From Methanoregula sp. (lineage in GTDB: Archaea > Halobacteriota > Methanomicrobia > Methanomicrobiales > Methanospirillaceae): 64,000 nt of DNA. Position 1 is the first letter of the stretch, and each line of letters opens with the position of its first letter. The position numbers were made by a program, and so were the translations under genes. Shown here piece by piece: positions 30,961 through 40,875 of the stretch. The stretch is taken from assembly GCA_039698055.1 (NCBI GenBank), contig JBDKTL010000048.1, forward strand, positions 47,188 through 111,187. Reading direction: 5' to 3'. The notes under the pieces are model-generated. The model was not told the DNA's origin. It did no database searches and was given only the letters and a program-made list of their open reading frames with translations.

Positions 30961-32187
30961 ATGCAGTCCCCTTCGCAGCCCCTGCACGTCCTCTATGTTG
31001 ATGATGAACTGCCGCTCCTTGAGCTGGGCCGGGCATTCCTCGAACAGATGGAGAATTTCCGCGTCGAAACCTCATCGTCCGCACGCAACGCGCTCTCCCT
31101 TCTTGGCCATACCGGTTTTGACGCGATTGTCTGCGATTTCCAGATGCCCGGCATGGATGGCATGGAATTTTTACGGGAAGTCCGGACCATCCACGGGGAT
31201 ATTCCTTTTATTTTGTTTACCGGGCGGGGACGCGAGGAGATCGTTATCAGGGCAATCACGAGCGGCGCTGATTTTTATGTCCAGAAGGGTGGCGAGCCGC
31301 GATCGCAGTTTGCGGACCTTGCCCACAAGGTAAAACAGGCAGTCCGCCGGAGAAAAGCGGAGCAGGACCTGAAATATTCAGAGGACCGGTTTTCAAAAGT
31401 TTTCCATGCAAGTCCAATCCAGGAGCTTATCCTTGAATCCAAAACCAGGCAGATCGTTGATGCCAACGAATCGTTCCTTACCGGCACGGGATACAGCCGG
31501 CAGGACGTGATCGGCAGGACGATTGACGAGCTGGGCTTGGCGGTCAAATCGCGTGAAGGAATATCGCTGACGGGGATCCTTTCCCAGAAACATCAAATCA
31601 GCAACGTGGAGGTGCAGGTCAAAATCAGGTCCGGGGAGATCCGAACCGTTCTTATTTCCCTGCGGCACATCACCGCTGCCGGGCATGACCTGATCGTATC
31701 GCAGGCCATCGATATTACCGAACAGATCGAGACGCAGAGAATACTCCGGCAAAAGACCAGTGAACTCATGGGCGCGTATGAGCACCTTGCAGCCATCGAA
31801 GCGGATATGCAGGAAAACCTCAAAGTGCTTGCCTGCCAGCGGGAGGCGCTGCAGAGCACCCGGGCCGATGAACGGACACTTCTTGACGCATCGCTTGATT
31901 ATGTCTGCCTGTACGACCGGTCCGGCACGATTTTTGCGATCAATGAACGGATGGCAAAAGAGATCAAAAAGCCGGTCATGCATCTTATCGGGGAAAATTT
32001 TTTCGATGCGCACAGTTCTTTTTCACCGGATATGATCCGATCGCTGAGCGAACATGCATTCTTTACCCAAAAAACTGTTGAAAAAACCATCCGGCTGGGT
32101 GACCGCACCTGTGAAATCCGGGTCGTCCCGGTGATGGATACAAACCACCCGGTAAACCGGGTTGCGTTTATTGCCCGGGTGTTGTGA
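30961..32187 (+). CDS. Response regulator receiver plus PAS domains
   Basis: VLYVDDE, IVCDFQMPGMDG, FTGRG, YVQKG; two PAS-like segments. Confidence 0.9.
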   Translation: MQSPSQPLHVLYVDDELPLLELGRAFLEQMENFRVETSSSARNALSLLGHTGFDAIVCDFQMPGMDGMEFLREVRTIHGDIPFILFTGRGREEIVIRAITSGADFYVQKGGEPRSQFADLAHKVKQAVRRRKAEQDLKYSEDRFSKVFHASPIQELILESKTRQIVDANESFLTGTGYSRQDVIGRTIDELGLAVKSREGISLTGILSQKHQISNVEVQVKIRSGEIRTVLISLRHITAAGHDLIVSQAIDITEQIETQRILRQKTSELMGAYEHLAAIEADMQENLKVLACQREALQSTRADERTLLDASLDYVCLYDRSGTIFAINERMAKEIKKPVMHLIGENFFDAHSSFSPDMIRSLSEHAFFTQKTVEKTIRLGDRTCEIRVVPVMDTNHPVNRVAFIARVL

Positions 32188-32362
32188 GCGCGGGGAGGCA
32201 ACCCGTCAGGGCAAAGAGCCATGGATCAAAGAATGAATTTTTTTGTAATTTTTTCGTTGTGCACGCGAGATGACCCATCGTCATTCATCGTGACAGGCAA
32301 AAATGCCCCCGGTTCTCCCGATTTCCCAAGGTGTTGCTGTACGTTCCCGGCAGATTTTTGCT

Positions 32363-33721
32363 TCACACCCTGCTTTTGATCTGCTTTTTCTGCCGCATCG
32401 CCTGATCATGTCCCGGGTTGAGCGCAAGCACCCGGTCATATGCCGCGATCGCATCGGTATCCCGCTGGACTTTTTTCAGGATAAAACCTTTATAGAGCCA
32501 TGCTTCGACGGATTTTTCGTCAAGCGCGGTTGCACGGTCGCACGCGGCGATAGCCTCTTCGAATTCTCCCAGCATGACGAGATTCTTGGCGCAGCTTATC
32601 CAGGCGCCGGGGTTTTTGGGAGCGATCGCAAGCGACCGTTCATAGGCAGACAGCGACTCGTCATATATCCCGGATTTTTTCTTCGCATCGCCAAGAGCCC
32701 GCCACACATCGGCATTGCCGCTGTTGATGCCGAGATATCGTTCAAACGAACCGGCTGCTTCCCGGTATCTCCCGGTCTTCATGTAGAGATGCCCAAGGAT
32801 ATGCCAGCGGTCCGGGTCCGTGACCGTATCCGGGATCTGTTCCAGTTCGCGGATCATCTCTTCGTACGAACTGCCCGGTGACACGTGAACTGACGGGACA
32901 GGAACCGGTTCTTCCGTTGCCGGAGACATCCGTGACGGATGGTCCTGCACAACCGGGTTCACGCGATCCGGCACGGCCGGAGGAATGTTTTTTGCAGCCG
33001 ATGCAATCGGGGCAGGTGCCGGTTTCCCGTCATGGGTTCCCGGTGATGCCGGTACAGGTACCGGGCGTTCAGGAACAACCACCGGGTAAGAAGACGGGGA
33101 TTTTTGGGCCACGGGCACAGGAGCCGGAACCGGCAGGCTGGTGGCAGGTTGCGGGGATCTTGGATCTGGTGTGACAGGGAGATCTTCTTTGGGATGTTTG
33201 ACGAGAGGTTTGTCCTTAGTGCCGGCCTGGTACCGTTTTCTTGCAACGCTGATGCCGGTGAGGGCATCCATATGTTTTGGATCAAGGCTCAGGACTTTTT
33301 CGTACGCGAGGATCGCCTCGTCATACTTTTCCTGGATGGCAAGGGTAAGTCCTTTGGCATACCATGCCTTGATGAAATCGGGATGGATGGCAAGTGCCCG
33401 GTCATAAAGTGCAAGCGCGAGGGAATATTTACCATATGTTAAATAAATGAGGCCCTTGTAAACAAGCGCATCAGGAAGATCGGGATCGATACCAAGCGCC
33501 CGGTCGAAATATTGCAGCGCCTCGTCAAAGGACCCGATCTGGTACAGGGCATAGCCTTTCAGCTGCGAGGCCCGGGGGCGTCCGGGCTCGATGGCGGCAA
33601 CTTTGTCAAGGATCTCCAGGGCATCGGCATAATATCCCTTGCGGCAGAAGGCTTCTGCCCGGAGGTACATGGACTCCGGATCCATCGCCGGATTCTTCAG
33701 GATTGTTTCAAAGATACCCAT
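32363..33721 (-). CDS. Tetratricopeptide repeat protein with Pro-rich linker
   Basis: Repeated AW..KG..L...A..AYDRAL..P units at both ends. Confidence 0.9.
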   Translation of the reverse strand: MGIFETILKNPAMDPESMYLRAEAFCRKGYYADALEILDKVAAIEPGRPRASQLKGYALYQIGSFDEALQYFDRALGIDPDLPDALVYKGLIYLTYGKYSLALALYDRALAIHPDFIKAWYAKGLTLAIQEKYDEAILAYEKVLSLDPKHMDALTGISVARKRYQAGTKDKPLVKHPKEDLPVTPDPRSPQPATSLPVPAPVPVAQKSPSSYPVVVPERPVPVPASPGTHDGKPAPAPIASAAKNIPPAVPDRVNPVVQDHPSRMSPATEEPVPVPSVHVSPGSSYEEMIRELEQIPDTVTDPDRWHILGHLYMKTGRYREAAGSFERYLGINSGNADVWRALGDAKKKSGIYDESLSAYERSLAIAPKNPGAWISCAKNLVMLGEFEEAIAACDRATALDEKSVEAWLYKGFILKKVQRDTDAIAAYDRVLALNPGHDQAMRQKKQIKSRV

Positions 33722-34429
33722 AAAAACCTCACCCGGGCATTCCTGATCGGTTCACCTGTTTTTTTCTCTGACGGTTCCCCGGGTTTGCCGGCCTTGAATG
33801 TTTCTTCTCGTTACGATGAGTCGTTCCATGCAGGATGCCCGGCAGTGTCCAACTATCGGGTCTCCACATACGCTGTACCTCGTTACCTGCATACTCATGT
33901 TCAACAGTATATAGAATAGCATCCCTATAATATAGTTTTTCAATTTGTTCTCTATATACATTGGATTTATAAAAATATTTTTCCGGTTTACACTGTGCCG
34001 CAGGAGTTGGATGTGGTTACCGAAGATTGGCGTGGCTTGGACAAATGAACAGGAAACTTTTCCCGCACGGCAATGCCCGGGTTTTCCCGGATCGCTTCGT
34101 CTCATCAAATCAATATTTTCAAAACAATTATATAGAGATTGTGCCAAGTCTATTGTGTCGCTTTTTCGAAAAAACCAGGGGGCCGACTCCCGGACCATTC
34201 CAGGTCGTGCGCCCCCGCCCGCAGTGAAACCTCCCATCCACGAGAAAAATCCTGCCGGCAGGTGGGATGGCAAAGGTTTGCCGGTATCGTGGCTGCCCCT
34301 GTTCATCCGGACCGGCAGTCTCTTCCTTGTCCCAAAATGCATCAGCACGCTGTACGGGATGCCCGTGAAAAAATTATTCCGGAATACTACCAGTTCCCCG
34401 TGTCGTGAGGATGACACAGGATAAAAGCC

Positions 34430-35215
34430 ATGAACGTCGATTTCCACGTTCACACCAACCGGTCCGTTGACGGCGTCCACAGCCCCCGGGCGATGGTGAA
34501 ATGTGCACGGGCCGCCGGGCTCGACGCCATCGCTATCACAGATCACAACCGGCTCTTTCCCTGGATCGAGGCACAACGGCTCGCAAAAGAGTTCGGGGTT
34601 CTCGTGATCCCGGGCATCGAGGGAGGGGATATTGCCATCCAGAAACACTGGCTCGCGCTTGGCATTATGGTGCCGCCAGCCGGATGGGCAATCAAAAGCG
34701 TCCTGCGCCGCATCAGGAACCAGGGCGGGCTTTGCGTTGCCCCCCACCCGCACACACGCCTTGGCTATGGCAACTATGCCGCGCTCGGCTTTGACGCAGT
34801 CGAATCCCTCAATGGCGCGGAGCCGGGTTCCAACCGGCAGGTCAGGAACGTTACCCATATCCCGGAAGTAGCCGGCAGCGATGCCCATGCAGGCCCGATG
34901 CTTGGGACAGTATGGACTGAAGTTGATGCGGAAGGCACGGCAGAGGACGTCCTTGAAGCAGTGCGCCACGGGCGGTGCACCCCGGCCGGAACGACCATCC
35001 CCGGACGGGATATTCTCAACTATTATTACCTCTACGCCGTGCACCGCGTAATCCTCAGCCCGCTGGACGCTTTTGCGTCCCTGCGACTGGTCATCAGGAA
35101 TATGAAAAAAGCACATGCGATCGAAACATCGCGCTCCAACCGTTTACCGCAAGAAGTACCAGGTGATTCACATTCATTCAGATGCAGTCCCGCAGATCCA
35201 CTGGATTGGCATTGA
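34430..35215 (+). CDS. PHP-domain metal-dependent phosphoesterase
   Basis: DFHVHT..S.DG, IAITDHN, PGIE, APHP, AGSDAH. Confidence 0.9.
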   Translation: MNVDFHVHTNRSVDGVHSPRAMVKCARAAGLDAIAITDHNRLFPWIEAQRLAKEFGVLVIPGIEGGDIAIQKHWLALGIMVPPAGWAIKSVLRRIRNQGGLCVAPHPHTRLGYGNYAALGFDAVESLNGAEPGSNRQVRNVTHIPEVAGSDAHAGPMLGTVWTEVDAEGTAEDVLEAVRHGRCTPAGTTIPGRDILNYYYLYAVHRVILSPLDAFASLRLVIRNMKKAHAIETSRSNRLPQEVPGDSHSFRCSPADPLDWH

Positions 35216-35963
35216 TCTCAACACCACCGGCTATGCCGTTGTCGTTGCCGATCCCGCCACCGGCCATGTACTGAAACTGGGAAAACAACCGTCCCGCATC
35301 CCGGGCCGGACATGCACGAACTGTACGAAACTGTACAGGGAAGGAAAGATGTGGAAATTAAAAAAGATGAAAACAAGGGAACGCAAGAATTTCCGGTCCA
35401 CGCTCAATACCATCGTCTGGCAGATTGTTTCCTTTGCAGAATCTTCGTGCGCCGGCATCAAGTTCGAAAAACTTTTCAGCCACCATTACCCGGGCCGGAA
35501 AAAGGAGATTGGAGAATATGAATTCTCGTTCCAGAACACCTCGTTTCCCCACCTGCTGCGGCTCGTGGAGAAACATGCATCGGACCGGGGGATCCCGGTC
35601 GATTACGTGAACCCGAACAACACATCGAAAATCTGCAGCCGGTGCGGGGGCCTCGGGCGCCGGGTGCGCAAGCGGTTCGAATGCCCCCACTGCGGTGCGG
35701 TTGTCCACGCGGACGTGAATGCGGCATTCAATATCGCGGCAACTCCTGTCTTTACCAGCAAGGTTGAGGCAGAGCGCATAAAATCCCTCAAAAAGCAGAT
35801 GCGGAGGCTTGCACGCCAGGAGCGGGCCCGGGCCGGTATGCCGCTGCAGGAGGGCGTTTTGGTCGCCCCGTCAGAACTGCCTGCCCGCTGGGACATGACG
35901 GGCACATGGGCGGCGAGATTGGGAGAGGGTTTGCCGGCGACTGCAACGGGCTCGCGACCATGA
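35115..35963 (+). CDS. TnpB/Cas12f-like RuvC plus Zn-ribbon protein lacking the N-terminal lobe
   Basis: RuvC-I IGIDLN, RuvC-II IKFEKL, VNPNNTSKICSRCG...FECPHCG, RuvC-III HADVNAAFNIA; start uncertain. Confidence 0.85.
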   Translation: MRSKHRAPTVYRKKYQVIHIHSDAVPQIHWIGIDLNTTGYAVVVADPATGHVLKLGKQPSRIPGRTCTNCTKLYREGKMWKLKKMKTRERKNFRSTLNTIVWQIVSFAESSCAGIKFEKLFSHHYPGRKKEIGEYEFSFQNTSFPHLLRLVEKHASDRGIPVDYVNPNNTSKICSRCGGLGRRVRKRFECPHCGAVVHADVNAAFNIAATPVFTSKVEAERIKSLKKQMRRLARQERARAGMPLQEGVLVAPSELPARWDMTGTWAARLGEGLPATATGSRP

Positions 35964-36232
35964 TTCTCGAAGTGGTGACCATCACGGTGACCTGCCCCCA
36001 CTGCACGCAGAGGTTTACCAAAAAGGTCTGGTTCCCGATTCACCGGGCGCTTGAAGACCCTGCCTGCATGCAGGCTGACGAATGGGTCATGGCAACCTGC
36101 CCGGCATGCGGATGCACGTCATGCATCAGTGTACAGGCAGGCACCGCCAGGAAAAAAACCGGGACCGGGGGTTGTCCCGTCACACTGCACGAACGATCCG
36201 GGCTGCCCGCTGACAGCGAGGACCTCGGTTGA
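35960..36232 (+). CDS. Small Cys-rich Zn-ribbon protein
   Basis: ATGA overlap with the TnpB-like stop; ITVTCPHC...TCPACGC. Confidence 0.6.
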   Translation: MILEVVTITVTCPHCTQRFTKKVWFPIHRALEDPACMQADEWVMATCPACGCTSCISVQAGTARKKTGTGGCPVTLHERSGLPADSEDLG

Positions 36233-36410
36233 GAAAGAAACGATGACGGGAGTAACGGATCGGGCAAACATTTTTTTTATCTGCACCGTTTGCAAAAATC
36301 CCACAATTCTACAACAATCTTTTTTAATTCCGGTATAAAAATGAAGCCGCATCTCAAAAAGTTGGGCTCATACCAAAAATATATGACTGCAAACGTTCCA
36401 TGAACTGGAT

Positions 36411-36869
36411 ATGCGGGCGGAAAGCGAGATCGATCTCTCGCCGCGAAAGGCTGCGTACGTCAAATACCTGTACGAGCAGGGGGGCCGGGTGAGGACGACA
36501 GATATTGCCGCACGGTTTGTTGTCGATCCATCCACGATCACAAAAACGGTTGCGGAACTCGCGGAGACCGGCCTTATCGCGCACGAACCGTACCGGGGCA
36601 TCTTTCTGACCGAGAAGGGAAAACGGCACGCCGGATACCTCGTCAAGCGCCACCGGATCCTGAGCCTGATGCTCACGCATTACGGGCTTACCCCCGAACA
36701 GGCATGCGAAGAAGCGGCGCGGTTCGAAAGCCTCGTATCCCGGGACACCATCGACCGGGTCTGCGCCGCGATGGGACACCCGCGCCTTGGGGTCTGCGGC
36801 GAGATCACCCACGACGACGGCTGCATGAATCATGTAAAAAAGAGCAGGAAGGCAGAGGGTAAACCATGA
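36411..36869 (+). CDS. DtxR/MntR-family metal-dependent regulator
   Basis: VDPSTITKT HTH, PYRGIFLTEKG, KRHRIL, EAARFES. Confidence 0.9.
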   Translation: MRAESEIDLSPRKAAYVKYLYEQGGRVRTTDIAARFVVDPSTITKTVAELAETGLIAHEPYRGIFLTEKGKRHAGYLVKRHRILSLMLTHYGLTPEQACEEAARFESLVSRDTIDRVCAAMGHPRLGVCGEITHDDGCMNHVKKSRKAEGKP

Positions 36870-36909
36870 TCCTGCCTGCACAGGCCAGGTGGCGGTTATG
36901 AGCCGGGCG

Positions 36910-37710
36910 ATGGTCTCTGAACATATACCGGATCTTGACCTGATCACGTTCTATGCAGAGAAACACCGGTCCCCGTTTTCAGAAGTGAGCCCGTGGACAA
37001 AAATTGCGCTGCTGTTCCTCATCATCACACTTATCACAGTCACCCGGAACATGGCACTGCTCGTTGCCACCTACGCGATCGTACTGGGTTGTTTTGCCTG
37101 TGCAGGATTGCCGGTAAAAAAACTTTTTTACTGGTATACCATCCCCATGATCTTTGTCGTATCGCTGGTGGGAATCATGATCTGGAGCGAACCGGGAGTT
37201 CCCCTGTTTACCCTTCCCCTGCCCGGGTTCCCGCTCACCCTGACCGACCAGGGACTCATTCTCATCGTGACCCTGGTGGTCAAGGCCCTCATTTCCATCA
37301 CGTACTCGATTTTTATTCTTATGACCACCCGGTACGAATATCTATCAGGAGTTATTTCCCGGGTATTTCCCTCCCCGCTCGACCAGATCTTTCTTATGGC
37401 CTACCGGTTCCTCTTCCTCACGCTGGCAATGACCGGCCAGATCATCAAGGCGTTCCGCTCGCGGGGCGGCGGGGTCATTGCAAGCATCAGGACGCAGTGG
37501 AGAATGTTTGCCGGGATATTCGGCCTTGTCTTTATCCGCTCCTTTGAACGGGCCGAACGGGTAAACAAGGCGATGCAGGCCCGGGGATTCAACGGAATCT
37601 ACTCGACAAATGCCACGATTCCGGCCCCGGGATTTGGAGGATATGCCATGCTTCTCTTCCTGTCCATCTTTGTAGTCGCGATCGCGATCCAGTCCAACAA
37701 CCTGTGGTGA
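36910..37710 (+). CDS. ECF transporter T component (CbiQ/NikQ-like)
   Basis: MAYRFLF, FRSRGG, RSFERAERV.KAMQARGF. Confidence 0.9.
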   Translation: MVSEHIPDLDLITFYAEKHRSPFSEVSPWTKIALLFLIITLITVTRNMALLVATYAIVLGCFACAGLPVKKLFYWYTIPMIFVVSLVGIMIWSEPGVPLFTLPLPGFPLTLTDQGLILIVTLVVKALISITYSIFILMTTRYEYLSGVISRVFPSPLDQIFLMAYRFLFLTLAMTGQIIKAFRSRGGGVIASIRTQWRMFAGIFGLVFIRSFERAERVNKAMQARGFNGIYSTNATIPAPGFGGYAMLLFLSIFVVAIAIQSNNLW

Positions 37711-37714
37711 AAAT

Positions 37715-38596
37715 ATGACGACCAGTGCAGATGCAGACGATTCAATATACCGGTGCCATACCGGTACCCATACGGATGAACTGATTCACGTGGACTGTGC
37801 AAGCCATACCTATCCCGACGGCAGTGTCGGCATCCACGAGATGTGTTTCTATGTTTTAAAAAAGGAGATCGTGGTGCTGTGCGGAATAAACGGTGCCGGC
37901 AAATCCACGCTGATCGAACACTTAAACGGCTTGCTGACCCCGTCGCTGGGGCGGGTGATCGTAAGCGGGCAGGATATTACCAAAGGGGCCAACCGGACCC
38001 TCTGGAAAGAGGTCGGCGTCGTATTCCAAAGTTCCGACGACCAGCTCTTTGCCCCGACCGTGCTTGACGATGTCATGTTCGGGCCGCTCAACCTGGGTAT
38101 GACAAAAATGGAGGCAGAAACCACCGCCAGAAATGCCCTCGAAGCGGTCCGGGCCGCAGATCTTGTCGGGAAACTTCCGGATTACTTAAGCGGCGGCCAG
38201 AAGCGTTTGATCTCTATTGCCGGTATCCTTGCCATGAAACCACAGATCATCGCGATGGACGAACCGACATCAGACCTCGATCCGGTGCACGCGGAAACCG
38301 TTGAACGGCTGATACGGAGTTTCCGCGACGAATCGGGCATCAGTATCGTGATTGCAACCCATGACCTCGATTTTGCTGCACGGATTGCAGACCGGGTCTG
38401 CCTTGTCAAAAACGGTTCGGTCTTTGCAGAAGGTACACCGGCAGATATTTTTTACAACGACAATCTCATCAGGCAGGCAGGGCTCAGGGCTCCCCAGATC
38501 GTACGGATATACCAGGAGTACTGCCGGGCAAAAGGCATCGTGCCGGACAAGCGCCCGGTAAGCCTTGAAGAACTGATACCCGCCATGATCGGCTGA
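37715..38596 (+). CDS. ECF transporter ATPase (CbiO/NikO-like)
   Basis: GINGAGKST, LSGGQKR, MDEPT, ATHD. Confidence 0.92.
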   Translation: MTTSADADDSIYRCHTGTHTDELIHVDCASHTYPDGSVGIHEMCFYVLKKEIVVLCGINGAGKSTLIEHLNGLLTPSLGRVIVSGQDITKGANRTLWKEVGVVFQSSDDQLFAPTVLDDVMFGPLNLGMTKMEAETTARNALEAVRAADLVGKLPDYLSGGQKRLISIAGILAMKPQIIAMDEPTSDLDPVHAETVERLIRSFRDESGISIVIATHDLDFAARIADRVCLVKNGSVFAEGTPADIFYNDNLIRQAGLRAPQIVRIYQEYCRAKGIVPDKRPVSLEELIPAMIG

Positions 38597-38746
38597 TGCA
38601 GCACATTTTTTTCGCAGGCAAAAGAAACGATCCGGGATTTTTGGGGAGACTCCAACTTCTTCAGAGTATTTTTATCCCGGTTCGTCCAACCACATCTTTG
38701 AAATCGCACCATCTTTGATTAAATTCGGGGATTGGGGAGTCGTGGC

Positions 38747-39388
38747 ATGGCACATATACATCTCGAAGATGGTTCATTTACCCTGTTCTGGGTTCTTGCC
38801 TGGTGGATTATCGCACTGGTGCTTATCGGCATTATCCTTTTCTGGCTTCGTTTGGTTAAAAAAACGGATAACCGGATGATCACGATTGCGGCATTTTGTA
38901 CTGCTGCATCATTTGCAATTTTCCAGGTAAGCATCCCCATCGCCGGGGGCGTGCACATGAACCTGACGCCGTTGATCGGCATCCTGACCGGGCCGTTTGT
39001 CGGTGGCCTGATTATTTTTATCGTCAATATTTTGTCTGCTGCCATCGGTCACGGCGGCTGGGGCATGATCGGCGCAAACACGCTGGTCAATGCAACGGAA
39101 GTGGTGGCCGCATATCTCATCTACCGGGGATTGAAATCGGCGGGTGTCGGCACGTTCTCCCGGACTGGTATTGCCACGATCGCCGCGCTGTTCATCGGGA
39201 ACCTCGTGATGATGGGAATTATCATCTTGTCCGGTATCCAGGGTTCGAGCCTGACAGCCGATCAGACGTTGGGGGGATTGTCCCTTCTTGTTGCCGTGAA
39301 CATGGCAGTCGCTGTTGTCGAAGCCGTGGTGACCGCATTCATCGTCACCTATATTGAACGGCGCCGGCCCGATATGCTGGGGGCGTAG
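38747..39388 (+). CDS. ECF S component (CbiM/NikM-like)
   Basis: MAHIHLEDG N-terminus, GGVHMNL, GHGGWGMIGAN. Confidence 0.88.
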   Translation: MAHIHLEDGSFTLFWVLAWWIIALVLIGIILFWLRLVKKTDNRMITIAAFCTAASFAIFQVSIPIAGGVHMNLTPLIGILTGPFVGGLIIFIVNILSAAIGHGGWGMIGANTLVNATEVVAAYLIYRGLKSAGVGTFSRTGIATIAALFIGNLVMMGIIILSGIQGSSLTADQTLGGLSLLVAVNMAVAVVEAVVTAFIVTYIERRRPDMLGA

Positions 39389-39390
39389 TC

Positions 39391-39666
39391 ATGGCAATCG
39401 AAAAAGAGACCGGGGGCAAAATCCTGTTTGCCGCACTTATCGTCATTTTCCTGGCATGCGCCATTCTTGCCTATACACAAACCGGGCCCATGGACATCGA
39501 GGGCCGGTTCATGCATGCGGTCGGGCTTGAAGATGCGGGTTCGTCACCCGGTGAAGACGCAGGGGAGCCCGGGTTCTCCCTTGAAGGAAACCCGGTCGCG
39601 TACATCATTATTTTCCTCATCCTCATTGCCGTATGCTGGATTGCGTACCGGCGTTTCAGGCCATGA
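39391..39666 (+). CDS. Small 2-TM accessory protein (CbiN/NikN-like)
   Basis: Two TM helices flanking an acidic loop, directly after the S component. Confidence 0.65.
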   Translation: MAIEKETGGKILFAALIVIFLACAILAYTQTGPMDIEGRFMHAVGLEDAGSSPGEDAGEPGFSLEGNPVAYIIIFLILIAVCWIAYRRFRP

Positions 39667-39681
39667 CACAGGTTTTTCTGG

Positions 39682-40833
39682 TTAATAAAAAAAGGACCTG
39701 ATGCCGGCTGCGAGCAGCGGCGAAAGCCATCGCAGGAGTGCAGGTTTTTTCAGCAGCATGCCGACAAGTTTTCCCGGCCGGTCCATATCGCCGTACTGCA
39801 CGATCGCATCAAGAATATCCTTGTTGCCAAATGCCTTTATCATCCCGTCAATGTCTTCTGATGTGAGGTCCTGGCGCATGCGAAACAGCCTGAACCCGAG
39901 CGAGAGTTCCCGTCCGATATCCGCCTGCCAGCGTTCCTCGTAGCCTGACAGCAGGGCATCGTCATACCGGTCCAGCTCGCAGGCCAGCACCGCAATATCT
40001 GCCGCGTGCCGGGCGGAGCGGATGCCGGTATAGACACCGCCGCCGGACGTGGGTTTGGGAAAACCTGCTGCGTCGCCGACAAAGAGCGTGCGCCGGCCAT
40101 AGGTCACCGGCATCACGCCAATCGGCAGCGTCCCGGTGACAACGTGAACGGACGAATCCCCACCCATCCGGTGCACAAACTCCCTGAACCGTTCCTGCAC
40201 CTGTTCTTTTCCGCACAGGCCGACACGCACTCTTCCCTCACCGGTTGGGATCGTCCAGCCAAAAAAATCCGGGGAAGCGTCCGGGTAAATTTCCACAAAC
40301 CGGGGATCGCGATCCAGCACCATATCGGCCTGGATACCGGAAAGAAACACCGGTGCCCGCTGCATCCCGTAGCACCGTGCGATCGTGCTCCGTGGGCCGT
40401 CAGCCGCAACCAGGATCTTAAACCCGTGCTGCTGGTGGCCGTATGCCCCCCGGGTGAGCACCTGCCCGTCGCGGATGCCATACACGGACGTTTTCACCAG
40501 GTACTGGGCACCGGCACCGGCCGCCGCCTCCGCCATCTCCCGGTCAAGCATGCCCCGGTCGACAACCGACGCTTTTTTCTTTTTGGCATCAAGGAGAATT
40601 GAACTGCCCCAGCCGGAGAATACCCGGGCGCCCTGGACAGTATTTTGCACACACCGATCGGACACCCCGCATTCGGCAAGCGCCGCATTGGAGAGGAGCC
40701 CGGCGCACTGCACCGGGTAGCCGATGGTGCCGTGCTCTTCGATACAGAGCGTGGATAAACCCTTGCGTGCGCACGCGTGTGCCGCTGCGCTTCCGGCAGG
40801 TCCGGCGCCGACAACGATCACATCATAGGTCAT
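39682..40833 (-). CDS. Geranylgeranyl reductase family FAD oxidoreductase
   Basis: VVGAGPAGS, PVQCAG, VAADG, VGDAAG.PKPTSGGGV. Confidence 0.92.
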   Translation of the reverse strand: MTYDVIVVGAGPAGSAAAHACARKGLSTLCIEEHGTIGYPVQCAGLLSNAALAECGVSDRCVQNTVQGARVFSGWGSSILLDAKKKKASVVDRGMLDREMAEAAAGAGAQYLVKTSVYGIRDGQVLTRGAYGHQQHGFKILVAADGPRSTIARCYGMQRAPVFLSGIQADMVLDRDPRFVEIYPDASPDFFGWTIPTGEGRVRVGLCGKEQVQERFREFVHRMGGDSSVHVVTGTLPIGVMPVTYGRRTLFVGDAAGFPKPTSGGGVYTGIRSARHAADIAVLACELDRYDDALLSGYEERWQADIGRELSLGFRLFRMRQDLTSEDIDGMIKAFGNKDILDAIVQYGDMDRPGKLVGMLLKKPALLRWLSPLLAAGIRSFFY

Positions 40834-40875
40834 TGCCGTGTGCGCTCCATGGGGGTAAAAAAGATTTTTTTTAGG

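Noticed and set aside
33752-35116. 454-aa minus-strand ORF
   Set aside because: Antisense to the PHP gene and running through AT-rich promoter DNA, with no motifs; treated as a shadow ORF.
35115-35963. Intact IS200/IS605 element or CRISPR-Cas12f system
   Set aside because: No TnpA, no identifiable terminal hairpins, no array or cas1/2, and the N-terminal lobe is absent.
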